Positions 33,519 to 42,866 of a stretch of DNA of 64,000 nucleotides are shown here, piece after piece (positions within the stretch are counted from its first letter, which is position 1; each line of letters begins with the position of its first letter). The notes below the pieces were generated by a model, which worked only from the letters and a program-made list of their open reading frames with translations, was not told the origin of the DNA and ran no database searches. This DNA is from Pseudobdellovibrionaceae bacterium (GTDB taxonomy: Bacteria; Bdellovibrionota; Bdellovibrionia; Bdellovibrionales; Bdellovibrionaceae): contig JBDHWW010000007.1 in assembly GCA_039810425.1 (NCBI GenBank), forward strand, positions 21,929-85,928. Direction: 5' to 3'. A program made the translations under genes and the position numbers.

Positions 33519-34396
33519 AAAATTTCAAAACTACTATTACAGCCCTCATTACGCCCTTTAGTAGCGGCGCTGTGGACTTTGTCTCGTTAGAGAAACTGAT
33601 TCGTCATCAAATTCAAAATGGCGTTGAGGGCTTTGTTATCAACGGCACAACGGCTGAAAGTCCGACTTTGACGGACAAAGAGGTCGAAGAGATTTTTAAG
33701 GCTGCGCGCGCCACTGTGGGACCGCAGTTTCCACTTATTATGGGTACGGGTTCTAACAGCACGGCGAAAACAGAGGAAGCTTCTGAAAAAGCGGAAGCTT
33801 TGGGTGCTGATGCGGTTTTGATTGTTGTGCCCTACTACAACAAGCCACCTCAGCGTGGATTGGTTCAGCACTTCTCAGAAGTGGCGAAATCTGTGAGCAT
33901 CCCGGTGATTCTTTATAATGTTCCAGGTCGTACGATAACAGCGCTGTCCGCCGACAGTATTCGCGAGCTGAGCCAGGTGCAAAATATTGTCGGCATTAAA
34001 GAAGCTTCAGGCAATATTGAGTTTGCATCTGAGATCATCAACAAAACAAGTCCGGAGTTTGTGATGTTGTCTGGTGATGACGGCACCTATGTCGACTTCT
34101 TGCGGGCCGGTGGGCACGGCGTGATTTCGGTCGCAAGTCATGTGATTCCACGTGAAATGCTTAACTGGAAAAAGCTTGTCAAGACAGGAAAATATGCCGA
34201 AGCCGACGCGGATTTGAAAAAGCACAGGGCTTTGATCGACCACCTCTTCGTTGAGGCAAATCCCATTCCGGTGAAGATGGCATTGTACTACATGGGCCTG
34301 ATTAAGTCTCCGGAATTGCGCTTGCCACTCGTATCGATGTCCGAGGACTTGGCGCAGAAAATGAAGCAAGAAATGAAATCCCTGGGGGTTATCTAG
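33515..34396 (+). CDS. dapA: 4-hydroxy-tetrahydrodipicolinate synthase
   Basis: GTTAES, PYYNKP, LYNVPGRT, GIKEAS, ANPIPVK. Confidence 0.96.
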   Translation: MKNFKTTITALITPFSSGAVDFVSLEKLIRHQIQNGVEGFVINGTTAESPTLTDKEVEEIFKAARATVGPQFPLIMGTGSNSTAKTEEASEKAEALGADAVLIVVPYYNKPPQRGLVQHFSEVAKSVSIPVILYNVPGRTITALSADSIRELSQVQNIVGIKEASGNIEFASEIINKTSPEFVMLSGDDGTYVDFLRAGGHGVISVASHVIPREMLNWKKLVKTGKYAEADADLKKHRALIDHLFVEANPIPVKMALYYMGLIKSPELRLPLVSMSEDLAQKMKQEMKSLGVI

Positions 34397-34397
34397 A

Positions 34398-35114
34398 ATG
34401 AAACAGAAGTTGAAAGTGGGATTGGTCGGCGCGAGCGGCCGCATGGGACAAGAGATCACGGAGATTTTGAAAACAAAATCAGGTCTCGAACTTCATCTCG
34501 CGGTTTGCCGATCCGCCTCGTTGGCCGAGTTTGCCTACACCCGCGCGACGCCGAATTGCCCTGAAGCAAAAGACGTCGACATCTGGATTGATTTCTCGAG
34601 TCCGGAGCTTTTAAAAAAACTGTTATCAGTCGCCTCAAAGAATAAAAAACCGGTGGTCTCTGGAACTACGGGGCTTGCTCCAATGGATCAGGCGGCCTTG
34701 AAGCGGGCGGCGAAGAATATTCCCGTGCTTTGGGCATCGAATATGAGTTTAGGCATTGCGGTTGTCACAGAGGCATTGAAAGTTTTCTCTCGCATCAGCA
34801 AATTTGATTTTCAAATCGAAGAGTTCCATCACAACCGAAAAAAAGATGCGCCAAGTGGTACGGCAAAAAGTTTGCAAGAAGGCCTTGAAAAAGCAGTTGG
34901 CCGAAAACTGCCTGCGCCCCTATCTATTCGCGGTGGCGGAATTTTTGGAATCCACAAGATTCACGCAATGGCCGAAGAAGAGCATATTGTGTTTGAACAT
35001 ATGGCCTTAAATCGAGCTGTTTTCGCTCGTGGCGCGGTGGAAGCAGCCCAATGGTTGTGTTCAAAGAAAAAAGGCTTCTACAGCATGCGTGATGTTCTTT
35101 ACAATAATGGCTGA
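34398..35114 (+). CDS. dapB: 4-hydroxy-tetrahydrodipicolinate reductase
   Basis: GASGRMG, GTTG, EFHHNRKKDAPSGTA. Confidence 0.96.
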   Translation: MKQKLKVGLVGASGRMGQEITEILKTKSGLELHLAVCRSASLAEFAYTRATPNCPEAKDVDIWIDFSSPELLKKLLSVASKNKKPVVSGTTGLAPMDQAALKRAAKNIPVLWASNMSLGIAVVTEALKVFSRISKFDFQIEEFHHNRKKDAPSGTAKSLQEGLEKAVGRKLPAPLSIRGGGIFGIHKIHAMAEEEHIVFEHMALNRAVFARGAVEAAQWLCSKKKGFYSMRDVLYNNG

Positions 35115-35599
35115 TGAAAGTTTTGAATCACCAAACGCTAGTTCACATTGTTACTGATCTTGTCGGTGGTACGCCCGTCGCGCAAAGCCTTGTTGCTGAA
35201 ATGGCTAAGGTAGGCGAAATCACCGCCGTCTCGTCTGTCTATAAACGCTATCTCAGTAATAGCCGTGTGGACCTGAATGCAAATATTGAAGCCGTCGCGC
35301 GCTTAGGGACGGATTGCGAAGTGGATGAGTTGCTGTGGTATTTCAAACAGTACGTGAAAGATAAACAAGCTGCCTTGAACCTGCTATCCTACGATGATTT
35401 GGTGGTTTTATCGCCACAACTCACCTTGCCACACCCGGCTCTCCATACGGATTTTCTTATCGTTCGCTGTGCTTCCGAAGCCTGGAGACAGTTTGAGCAT
35501 CCGATTATGCAAAAAACGCTGGGTGAAATTACCTCTTTGACCTTCCCCGCTACAGATGCTGAGTTTTTCATGCAAGGCAAAAGCCTGATTGCTTTTTAG
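35114..35599 (+). CDS. Degenerate FolK (HPPK)-like protein
   Basis: VSSVY, LL.YDD....P.LTLPHP..H and HP..QKTL match HPPK, but GSN and RxxRWGPRxLDLD are absent. Confidence 0.6.
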   Translation: MKVLNHQTLVHIVTDLVGGTPVAQSLVAEMAKVGEITAVSSVYKRYLSNSRVDLNANIEAVARLGTDCEVDELLWYFKQYVKDKQAALNLLSYDDLVVLSPQLTLPHPALHTDFLIVRCASEAWRQFEHPIMQKTLGEITSLTFPATDAEFFMQGKSLIAF

Positions 35600-35637
35600 C
35601 ATCAGCAGACGTACAAAAAAGGGAACTGGAGGAGACT

Positions 35638-36282
35638 ATGAAGTTCTTTATCGACACGGCTGAAATCGAAGAAATCAGACAAGCCAACTTGCGTGGCTGG
35701 GTAGACGGTGTCACAACAAATCCCTCTTTGATTGCTAAATCTGGAAAAGATTTCTTCGCGGTCATTAAAGAAATCTGCAAAGAAGTTTCCGGCCCCGTTT
35801 CCGCGGAAGTTATCAGCCTGAAGGCGGATGAAATGGTTCGCGAAGGTTTAGAGCTTGCAAAGCTTGCAAGCAATGTCGTGGTTAAAATTCCTATGTGCGA
35901 AGACGGCATGATCGCTGTAAAAAAACTGAAAGCTGAAGGTATCAAGACCAATGTCACGTTGGTGTTCTCACCGATGCAGGCGTTGTTGGCGGCCAAAGCT
36001 GGCGCGACAATGGTTTCTCCATTCGTAGGTCGGCTGGATGATATTGGGGTGGAGGGTATGCAAATGGTTAGTCAGGTTATCCAAATGTATCAAAACTACG
36101 ACTTTGATACTGAAGTCCTCGTTGCAAGTGTGCGGAGCCCGATGCATATCCAAATTGCCGCCGAGATGGGCGCGGATATCGCAACTATTCCGTTCAAAGT
36201 AATGCAGCAAATGACTCATCATCCGCTGACAGACAAAGGTATTAAAATGTTTATGGATGATTGGGCGAAGGCTAAGAAGTAA
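35638..36282 (+). CDS. tal: Transaldolase / fructose-6-phosphate aldolase family
   Basis: [31 protein letters not shown]. Confidence 0.92.
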   Translation: MKFFIDTAEIEEIRQANLRGWVDGVTTNPSLIAKSGKDFFAVIKEICKEVSGPVSAEVISLKADEMVREGLELAKLASNVVVKIPMCEDGMIAVKKLKAEGIKTNVTLVFSPMQALLAAKAGATMVSPFVGRLDDIGVEGMQMVSQVIQMYQNYDFDTEVLVASVRSPMHIQIAAEMGADIATIPFKVMQQMTHHPLTDKGIKMFMDDWAKAKK

Positions 36283-36285
36283 CCC

Positions 36286-36723
36286 ATGAAAAAGGTCTGG
36301 GTATCGCCGTTGTTATCGCTTTTGCTCTTCGCTGGTTGTCAAACCAGCGGAGTCTTTTTGCGTGAGACGCCATTAAACGTGAGCGATACCCGTAAAGCCG
36401 TTGTTTCCGTCATTGGCCAGCCGCGTTTGACGAGTGAAAATGGTCGTGAACTCCTTTCTAAGTACTATGATCGTAGGGGAAACTTCGAAGATCAGGTGAA
36501 AAATGCTCGTGAGCGCCTCACAACACATATAACAATTCTCGGTGACCGCCGCCCGTATGATATCCAGATCGAGGTCGTGGTCGAGATCCGCGACAAGGAG
36601 GGCGTTTATCAGATTGTCGAGCACGATGACGCCCGGGCCGAAAAGATCGCGAGGGATATCCAAAAAGCTCTTGTCCAAGGTCGCGACAACCGCAACATCA
36701 TTGACGATTTCAAGCCTTATTAA
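36286..36723 (+). CDS. Hypothetical lipoprotein
   Basis: Lipobox FAGC. Confidence 0.7.
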   Translation: MKKVWVSPLLSLLLFAGCQTSGVFLRETPLNVSDTRKAVVSVIGQPRLTSENGRELLSKYYDRRGNFEDQVKNARERLTTHITILGDRRPYDIQIEVVVEIRDKEGVYQIVEHDDARAEKIARDIQKALVQGRDNRNIIDDFKPY

Positions 36724-36754
36724 ATATCATTAAAGAGTAGTCAAATATGGATGT

Positions 36755-38683
36755 TTGACAGGGGTATATAGTTTGATTGGCAAAGCGTTGTCTTTACGTA
36801 TTCTTATGTTCGCTCTCGTTTCGATTCTTCCTATCACGGCAGGAAAATTGAAATTTGTTCCTATTTATAAAATTCTAGCGATCAAAGCGAACAAAAAACT
36901 TCCTCCCCACATTGCCTACACCGACAGTCATTTCGAATCTCAAAACAATGAGTGGAGTGATCTAGAGAAAAGAGCCAAGCAGTCGATCGGCGTTGGTTTA
37001 AATGATGTCGGTATACAAGGCCCTTACGTGCTGACGCAAAAACGCGAGCTCGAAGGATTTACAATTCGCAAAAGCGTTGAGACTGTTGCGCCCAACACGT
37101 TAGGTGTTTACAAAACGAGCGCGCAAGCTGCTCAGGAAAATGAAGGACCGCAATGGTTGAAAAACATTGTGCGGGAGCCGGCTGCATTAGGTAGAGCTCC
37201 ATCCGCCCCGGAAGAGCGCCCACAAAACATGATGGCCGCAAAACGCGTGACGGGCCCGATCGAGCTGACTCAAGGACTGGCTGTTACAAATGAACATCAT
37301 ATTGAAATTCGCCGCAGTGATGAAGGGGTCTTTCGTGAGATGGGTCACGTTGACCTGATGAAAGGCTCCTACAGTATCGATATTGATGATGCCACGGGCG
37401 CCATCGTGGCTAGATTGCTAAATAAGGCCGGCATTGTTCTTGGCGAGGGCAGCATTCGCCTGAGCAAGCTTCAAGTGGGTGAAGGACGCTTGATCTATGG
37501 ACCGCGCCTTGAAATCTCTCCGAGCCCGACTTGGACCGGAAAAGTTTCCTATCACTATCCGAACCCTAAGAAGGCAGCGGAACTCCCCCAGGTCACAACA
37601 TTTGGTGGTCAAAACCCAGTGGTTGTGAATCAAAAAGGCGAAATCAGTTTAGAGAATGTTTCTAAAAACTCAACGACCGTTGTGCGCGCGGAAGCCAAAG
37701 ATTTTATGCCTGCGAGTAAAATCATGGTTGCTGGCGAAAAGTCTTTCGGCATTTCGATGTTTCCGAACTCGATGATGGAGGCTTTAAAAACCATCGTTGC
37801 AGATCAAAAGAATATCGTTCATAGCCGTCTTAAAGACAGCTCTATCGTTTGGGGAACGGCCACCCTCGATGGGAAGCCGTTATCAGGTGTTACGGTTATT
37901 TCCGAGACCGATCCGGAAGCTAAAGCGATTTACTTTAACGAGTTCCTCATTCCGGACTCGAAATTAACCTCAACAAGCTCTAGTGGGCTGTATGCGTTTG
38001 TCGACCTTGGCGATGGCTTCCATGCCCTGCTCGCACAAAGAGGAGACGCTTATCTCGGTCATCAAAACGTCGAAGTGGAAGCTGGCAGTGTTGCGATAGG
38101 CGATATTCAAAGCACTTTACATACTGAGCCCGTTCGTGTCCGCGCGTTTGATGCCTTTAGTGGGGAACCTATTTCTCTGGTGGCCAATCTGCAAAGTTTG
38201 TCCGAGCCATTACAGATTAATGAGGGCTCTGCATCGATCGTATTGCCGCAGGTTTCCCGTATGAGCATGATCTATACAGAAGCCCCAGCAACCTACGTGA
38301 GCGCAAACTATTTCTATAACGATCAGGATTCTTTTATACACTTGCCAATGATTAGCTCTGACTGGCTCGCGGAACTTAAAACAATTGCCAAGGTGAACGA
38401 GACTCCACAGGCGGGAACTATCATAGGCTTCTTTGGTGAAGAAAGATTTGAGGCCTATCTAGCAGGCCAAGATAAGGATTCTCCGGCGACAATCATTTAC
38501 TTTGATGCTGCAGGAAGAGTGGTTGATGGCCGCCAGGGTGTTGCTGGTGGTGGTTTCGTGATCTTCAATGTTCCTTACGGCACACAAGAGACCGTGATTG
38601 TTGGAGTCTCTGAGAAAGTTTTCTCTAAGGTCGTCCCGGTCGACACGGATACGGTTTCAGTTTTGACCTTTACTTCTTACTAG
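36755..38683 (+). CDS. Large exported/membrane-anchored hypothetical protein with beta-sandwich (carboxypeptidase-regulatory-like) segments; start uncertain
   Basis: 642-codon ORF; N-terminal hydrophobic stretch; G.PLSGVTV...TSSSGLYAF.DL pattern. Confidence 0.65.
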   Translation: MTGVYSLIGKALSLRILMFALVSILPITAGKLKFVPIYKILAIKANKKLPPHIAYTDSHFESQNNEWSDLEKRAKQSIGVGLNDVGIQGPYVLTQKRELEGFTIRKSVETVAPNTLGVYKTSAQAAQENEGPQWLKNIVREPAALGRAPSAPEERPQNMMAAKRVTGPIELTQGLAVTNEHHIEIRRSDEGVFREMGHVDLMKGSYSIDIDDATGAIVARLLNKAGIVLGEGSIRLSKLQVGEGRLIYGPRLEISPSPTWTGKVSYHYPNPKKAAELPQVTTFGGQNPVVVNQKGEISLENVSKNSTTVVRAEAKDFMPASKIMVAGEKSFGISMFPNSMMEALKTIVADQKNIVHSRLKDSSIVWGTATLDGKPLSGVTVISETDPEAKAIYFNEFLIPDSKLTSTSSSGLYAFVDLGDGFHALLAQRGDAYLGHQNVEVEAGSVAIGDIQSTLHTEPVRVRAFDAFSGEPISLVANLQSLSEPLQINEGSASIVLPQVSRMSMIYTEAPATYVSANYFYNDQDSFIHLPMISSDWLAELKTIAKVNETPQAGTIIGFFGEERFEAYLAGQDKDSPATIIYFDAAGRVVDGRQGVAGGGFVIFNVPYGTQETVIVGVSEKVFSKVVPVDTDTVSVLTFTSY

Positions 38684-39959
38684 CATAAAAGCCCCTTACC
38701 TTTTCCTTAAAAACACGGCCGCGGTCTTCGAAGCTTTTGAACTCGTCCAGGCTTGTTCCGCCCGGACTTAGTAAAACGATGTCGTTGCTTTGCACATGAG
38801 AAAAAATATCATTCAAAGCGTCGCCGAGTGTTGCGAACTGAGAACCAGGCAGACCAGATTTATCTTGCGCAATGGCGCGCGCCTCTCCGAAAAAAGAGAA
38901 ATGTGTTCTTGGCAAGACTCCGATTTCAGAAATCTCTTCCCAAGGCAGATTTTTATCGCGCCCGCCAAGCAAAAGATGCAAACGCCCACCCGGAGGCAGA
39001 TACTCGTGGGCGACTTCGGCGGCAGTGATGACACTGTCAAGAGCAGTTGCTTTGCTATCGTTAATATAGCGAACGCCGTCAAAGACGCCGACGTTTTCAA
39101 GTCGATGCTCCAGTCCTTCAAAATTTTTCATTGCTTGAATTGCGGAAATCGGCCAGTGACAATCCAAAGCGATCCGTGCAGCCAATGCTAAGTTATCTTG
39201 ATTGTGAGATCCCAGCAGCACACTTTGAGAAAGCGCATGAGGTCTCAAGTTCTTGTCCTGGCGGGAAACAATCACACAACGTGAGAACTCCGGCTGCTTT
39301 TCGGCGAAGCTGACCAGATCCCCGCCGTTTATATTCAAGAATAAAGACCCGGATGTGTGATCAATCATGCGCCACTTGGTGAGATAGTAGTCCTTAAGGG
39401 AGCTATATCTTTCCATGTGATTCGCGGATAAAAAGGTGATCGCGGCGTGATCCAGCTTGAGGTTTTTACAGTTTTCTAGTTGATAACTGGAAAGCTCAAG
39501 TACAATCCACTGAGCGCGTGGTCTTTGACCGTTGAGGATCCCCAATGCGTAATCGCAAAAGGGAGTTCCAAGGTTGCCGCCGACAAAACAATTCTTATCA
39601 AAGGCGGCCAGACCGGCTCCTAAAAGAGAAACGGTCGTGCTTTTGCCAAGGGAGCCCGTGACGCCAATAACTTTTTCACCTGCGAGCATCCCACAGGCGA
39701 GGTTGATTTCGCTTGTGATTGCCACCCCCGACTTTTGGGCTTCGATAATCCAAGAAGACTTTAGCGGGACCCCCGGCGAGACGACGAGTGTTTTGGGCTT
39801 TCCTTGGGACATCAAAAGTTGAGGGTCTTGAAACTGAGCGGGAGCTTTTTGATCAAAGGTCAGAATGTCTTCCCGTTTTAGGCCACGGGCCAATAAAAAA
39901 CGTTCGGCGCTCTCCCCGCTTCTAGCCATCCCTACGATTGCAACCGGTGTTTGAATCAT
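38670..39959 (-). CDS. murD: UDP-N-acetylmuramoyl-L-alanine--D-glutamate ligase
   Basis: VVSPGVP, GVTGSLGKSTT, LELSSYQL, GLEHRLE, NDSKAT, LLSP..S.D.F..FEDRG; ATG 39959. Confidence 0.93.
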   Translation of the reverse strand: MIQTPVAIVGMARSGESAERFLLARGLKREDILTFDQKAPAQFQDPQLLMSQGKPKTLVVSPGVPLKSSWIIEAQKSGVAITSEINLACGMLAGEKVIGVTGSLGKSTTVSLLGAGLAAFDKNCFVGGNLGTPFCDYALGILNGQRPRAQWIVLELSSYQLENCKNLKLDHAAITFLSANHMERYSSLKDYYLTKWRMIDHTSGSLFLNINGGDLVSFAEKQPEFSRCVIVSRQDKNLRPHALSQSVLLGSHNQDNLALAARIALDCHWPISAIQAMKNFEGLEHRLENVGVFDGVRYINDSKATALDSVITAAEVAHEYLPPGGRLHLLLGGRDKNLPWEEISEIGVLPRTHFSFFGEARAIAQDKSGLPGSQFATLGDALNDIFSHVQSNDIVLLSPGGTSLDEFKSFEDRGRVFKEKVRGFYASKK

Positions 39960-40036
39960 GAACTCCCCCGCCCTCGCGAAATAATGACTTAAATTTGGCC
40001 CTTTGCAAAGGAATGATTCTAGGTCAAAATTAAATA

Positions 40037-41488
40037 ATGAACGGCGAAACTTTTCCAAGCTTCAAAAGCGCAAAATTCACAGCCATTATCAGCGACCTGC
40101 ATCTTTGTGAGGCCGAGCCGGTTAATCTAAAGTTTCCGCTCTGGAAGAAGTTTAAAACCAAGCAGTTTTTTTTCGACGATATCTTCACAGGTTTTTTGCA
40201 AGAAATTGAAAATAAAGCCAAGGGTGAGACCGTTGAGCTGGTTTTGAACGGAGACATTTTTGACTTTGATAGCGTGCTCCGTTTGCCTGAGGAGCCGATT
40301 TTTAGGGTGAGCCGGCTTGAAAAAAGGCGCGGTTTGTATCCGCGGGCGGAACGCTCGAGTTTTAAAATCAAAGTGATTCTTGAGGATCATGCTGTTTTTA
40401 TGCGGGCGTTGCGTGAATTCATCCGTCGTGGCAATCGTGTTGTTTTTGTAATTGGCAATCACGATCTTGAGCTTCACTTTCCGGAAGTGCAGCAAGAAGT
40501 TCGTCATGCATTAGATTTGACGGAAGAACAGCAATATCAAGTTCGTTTTGTGGAGTGGTTTTATATTTCCAACGAAGACACTTTGATCGAGCACGGGAAC
40601 CAGTACGACCCTTATTGTATGTGCGAGGATCCGATCAACCCCTATGTGCAAGGTTACAACTTTGTTTCGCTGAGATTGCCGTTTGGAAACCTGGCTTGCC
40701 GGTATATCATGAATGGCTTAGGCTTCTTTAATCCACACGTCGATTCAAACTACATCATGGGTATTACTGATTATGTGATGGTCTTTTTGCGATACATGGC
40801 CCGCGCCCAACCGTTCATGGTTCTAACTTGGTTCTTCGGTTCGATCATGACATTGATTCAGTCTTTTAAAGACCGCTTGGCGGCACCCATCCGAAATCCC
40901 CTCAAGATTGAAGATCGTATTGAGGCGATTGCCCGCAACTCAAATGCGGAACCAAGAATGGTGCGCGAAATGAAAGAGCTTTTTGTGGCTCCGGCGGCCA
41001 GCAATCCGTTCTTACTGGCCCGCGAATTGTGGCTGGATCGCGCCTTCTTGATTTGTGTCGCGTTCTTTTTGATCTTTGAATTGATGATCTTTGTTCGTCA
41101 GGTTTATGATTTGTCTTTCTTCTGGGCATTCATTCCGATGTTCATCTTGCTGCCGTTCTTTCTTTTCTATAGCAAGTCCATTACGTCGCTGGTTTCCAGT
41201 TATAAGGAGCCAAACGAAAGAATCCTGGCGATGACGAGTACGATTGCCAAAGTAAAACGTGTCATCTATGGGCACACCCACCACGTTCGTCATGAAATGA
41301 TTGGCGCGGTAGAACATCTAAATTCAGGCTGCTGGTCTCCGGCATTTTTAGATATTGAGTGTACAAAACCGTTGGATCAAAAAACTTACGTGTGGCTTTC
41401 TCCTCTGGAAACGGGAGAAAGACAGGCAGAACTTTACAAATTTATTGATGGACAGTCGCAACTCTTTATGTCGGCGGGCAGCCGCTAG
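40037..41488 (+). CDS. Calcineurin-like metallophosphoesterase with TM segments
   Basis: SDLH, NGDIFD, GNHD, EHG, GHTH; hydrophobic helices before the last motif. Confidence 0.85.
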   Translation: MNGETFPSFKSAKFTAIISDLHLCEAEPVNLKFPLWKKFKTKQFFFDDIFTGFLQEIENKAKGETVELVLNGDIFDFDSVLRLPEEPIFRVSRLEKRRGLYPRAERSSFKIKVILEDHAVFMRALREFIRRGNRVVFVIGNHDLELHFPEVQQEVRHALDLTEEQQYQVRFVEWFYISNEDTLIEHGNQYDPYCMCEDPINPYVQGYNFVSLRLPFGNLACRYIMNGLGFFNPHVDSNYIMGITDYVMVFLRYMARAQPFMVLTWFFGSIMTLIQSFKDRLAAPIRNPLKIEDRIEAIARNSNAEPRMVREMKELFVAPAASNPFLLARELWLDRAFLICVAFFLIFELMIFVRQVYDLSFFWAFIPMFILLPFFLFYSKSITSLVSSYKEPNERILAMTSTIAKVKRVIYGHTHHVRHEMIGAVEHLNSGCWSPAFLDIECTKPLDQKTYVWLSPLETGERQAELYKFIDGQSQLFMSAGSR

Positions 41489-41596
41489 TAAAAAAAAGCC
41501 CCCGTTATGCGGCGCGCGACAAATAAAATTTGTCAATGACCAAGCGCTATGCAAACCTCTTAATGTTTTTAAAAGCGAAAACGGAGGCTAAGGACT

Positions 41597-41791
41597 ATGT
41601 CAGAAGTACTAGTTGTAACTAGCAAAGTAAAAAAATTGATCAAGGAAAAAGGCGGAATGAATACTTCTGCTGAAACGATCGACGTTTTGAGCAAAGCGAT
41701 TGAGCAACTCTGCCTTAAAGGCATTGATAGCGCGAAAGCTGACGGTCGCAAGACTGTTATGGCTCGCGATATCGTTATTGATCATTTGTAG
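41597..41791 (+). CDS. Bacterial histone (singlet histone fold; Bd0055/HBb-like)
   Basis: 64 aa; three-helix pattern with L2/alpha3 signature AKADGRKTVMARDI (cf. archaeal HMf RKTIKAEDI, H4 RKTVTAMDV); near-identical to my recollection of B. bacteriovorus Bd0055; AAGGA RBS. Confidence 0.92.
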   Translation: MSEVLVVTSKVKKLIKEKGGMNTSAETIDVLSKAIEQLCLKGIDSAKADGRKTVMARDIVIDHL

Positions 41792-41830
41792 AAGTTAGCC
41801 TTACATCACCAGGCTTTTTATCCCGAACTT

Positions 41831-41866
41831 AAAAAAGAAGCTCGCAAGGGCCTCTTTTTTATTTTT
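41831..41866 (+). terminator. Probable terminator after the histone gene
   Basis: A-tract, imperfect stem with GCAA loop, T-tract. Confidence 0.6.
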
Positions 41867-41888
41867 GCACTATGATTTAGATAAAGCT

Positions 41889-42449
41889 ATGGAAAAAACA
41901 TTCCCTCCGTCGAAAATTCCACTCACGCACGCCCAGTTGAAACGAAGAAATATCAAAGACGTTTATTCCGCTTTCGAATGTGTCGATAGTGACCGCGCTC
42001 GCTTGAGGGAGTTTCTTCCGTGGGTGGATAAGTCGAAATCCGTCGAAGACCAGGTTTGGTATGTCGGCGAATGTCTTAAAGACTGGGAGGCTGGTCAGCT
42101 CTTCGACTATGCAATCTTTAGCGCCGAGGACCAATTTATCGGCGCTATGGGCGTTCATAATATTCTTTGGGAGCACAACTGTTGTGAAATCGGCTATTGG
42201 ATTCATCAAAAGTACGAGAGCCAAGGACTTATCACATCTGCTTTGAAAGCATTAGAAAAAGAACTTTTTAGGATGGGCTTTCACCGCATTGAGATCCGCT
42301 GTGATCCCCACAATCAGAAATCGGCGGCGGTTCCAATTCGAAATGGTTACACGTTTGAAGGCGTTCTCCGGCAAAATACTCTATGCACCGACACTTACCG
42401 TGATACAGCAGTTTATGCGAAGCTTAGGACCGACCCAGTAAAAACATAG
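41889..42449 (+). CDS. RimJ/RimL-family GNAT N-acetyltransferase
   Basis: LREFLPW, EIGYWI....SQG, N.KS..VP.R.G..FEG.LR. Confidence 0.88.
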   Translation: MEKTFPPSKIPLTHAQLKRRNIKDVYSAFECVDSDRARLREFLPWVDKSKSVEDQVWYVGECLKDWEAGQLFDYAIFSAEDQFIGAMGVHNILWEHNCCEIGYWIHQKYESQGLITSALKALEKELFRMGFHRIEIRCDPHNQKSAAVPIRNGYTFEGVLRQNTLCTDTYRDTAVYAKLRTDPVKT

Positions 42450-42864
42450 CGCCACCAATCACGATGGAACTCATCAAGCCAATAAAAAGAATCCAGGCCA
42501 CCATGCGGCGTTTGAACTTTATCTTGTCTGCCTTTGCGCGGACAAAGACGTCTTCATTTGCATCTGTTTCAAGCTCTTTCGGAAACTCCGGGAGGCCTGT
42601 TGGAAAACCAAAGCGTTCTAATGTTGAGGAAATCTTTGATAAGTCTTTCGTTGCCAGAGTGATGTAGAAAATCTGACCGAGATATTGCTCTGTACGATAT
42701 TCGGCTTGATTTACAATATTTGAAAAGTTACTGGCACTAAACCTTTTTTCAGCATCGTCGTCCTTTTGAATTTCAAAAGGAATGTTTTTAATTTGCAGCT
42801 CACGGACAAAGCTATCGAGCTCTTGCGGCGTTAAAGGGCCGTATTGGACTGTTTTGCCGGTCAT
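42424..42864 (-). CDS. Hypothetical protein with C-terminal TM helix
   Basis: ATG 2 nt after the ligA stop; C-terminal hydrophobic helix. Confidence 0.7.
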   Translation of the reverse strand: MTGKTVQYGPLTPQELDSFVRELQIKNIPFEIQKDDDAEKRFSASNFSNIVNQAEYRTEQYLGQIFYITLATKDLSKISSTLERFGFPTGLPEFPKELETDANEDVFVRAKADKIKFKRRMVAWILFIGLMSSIVIGGAMFLLGRS

Positions 42865-42866
42865 GT

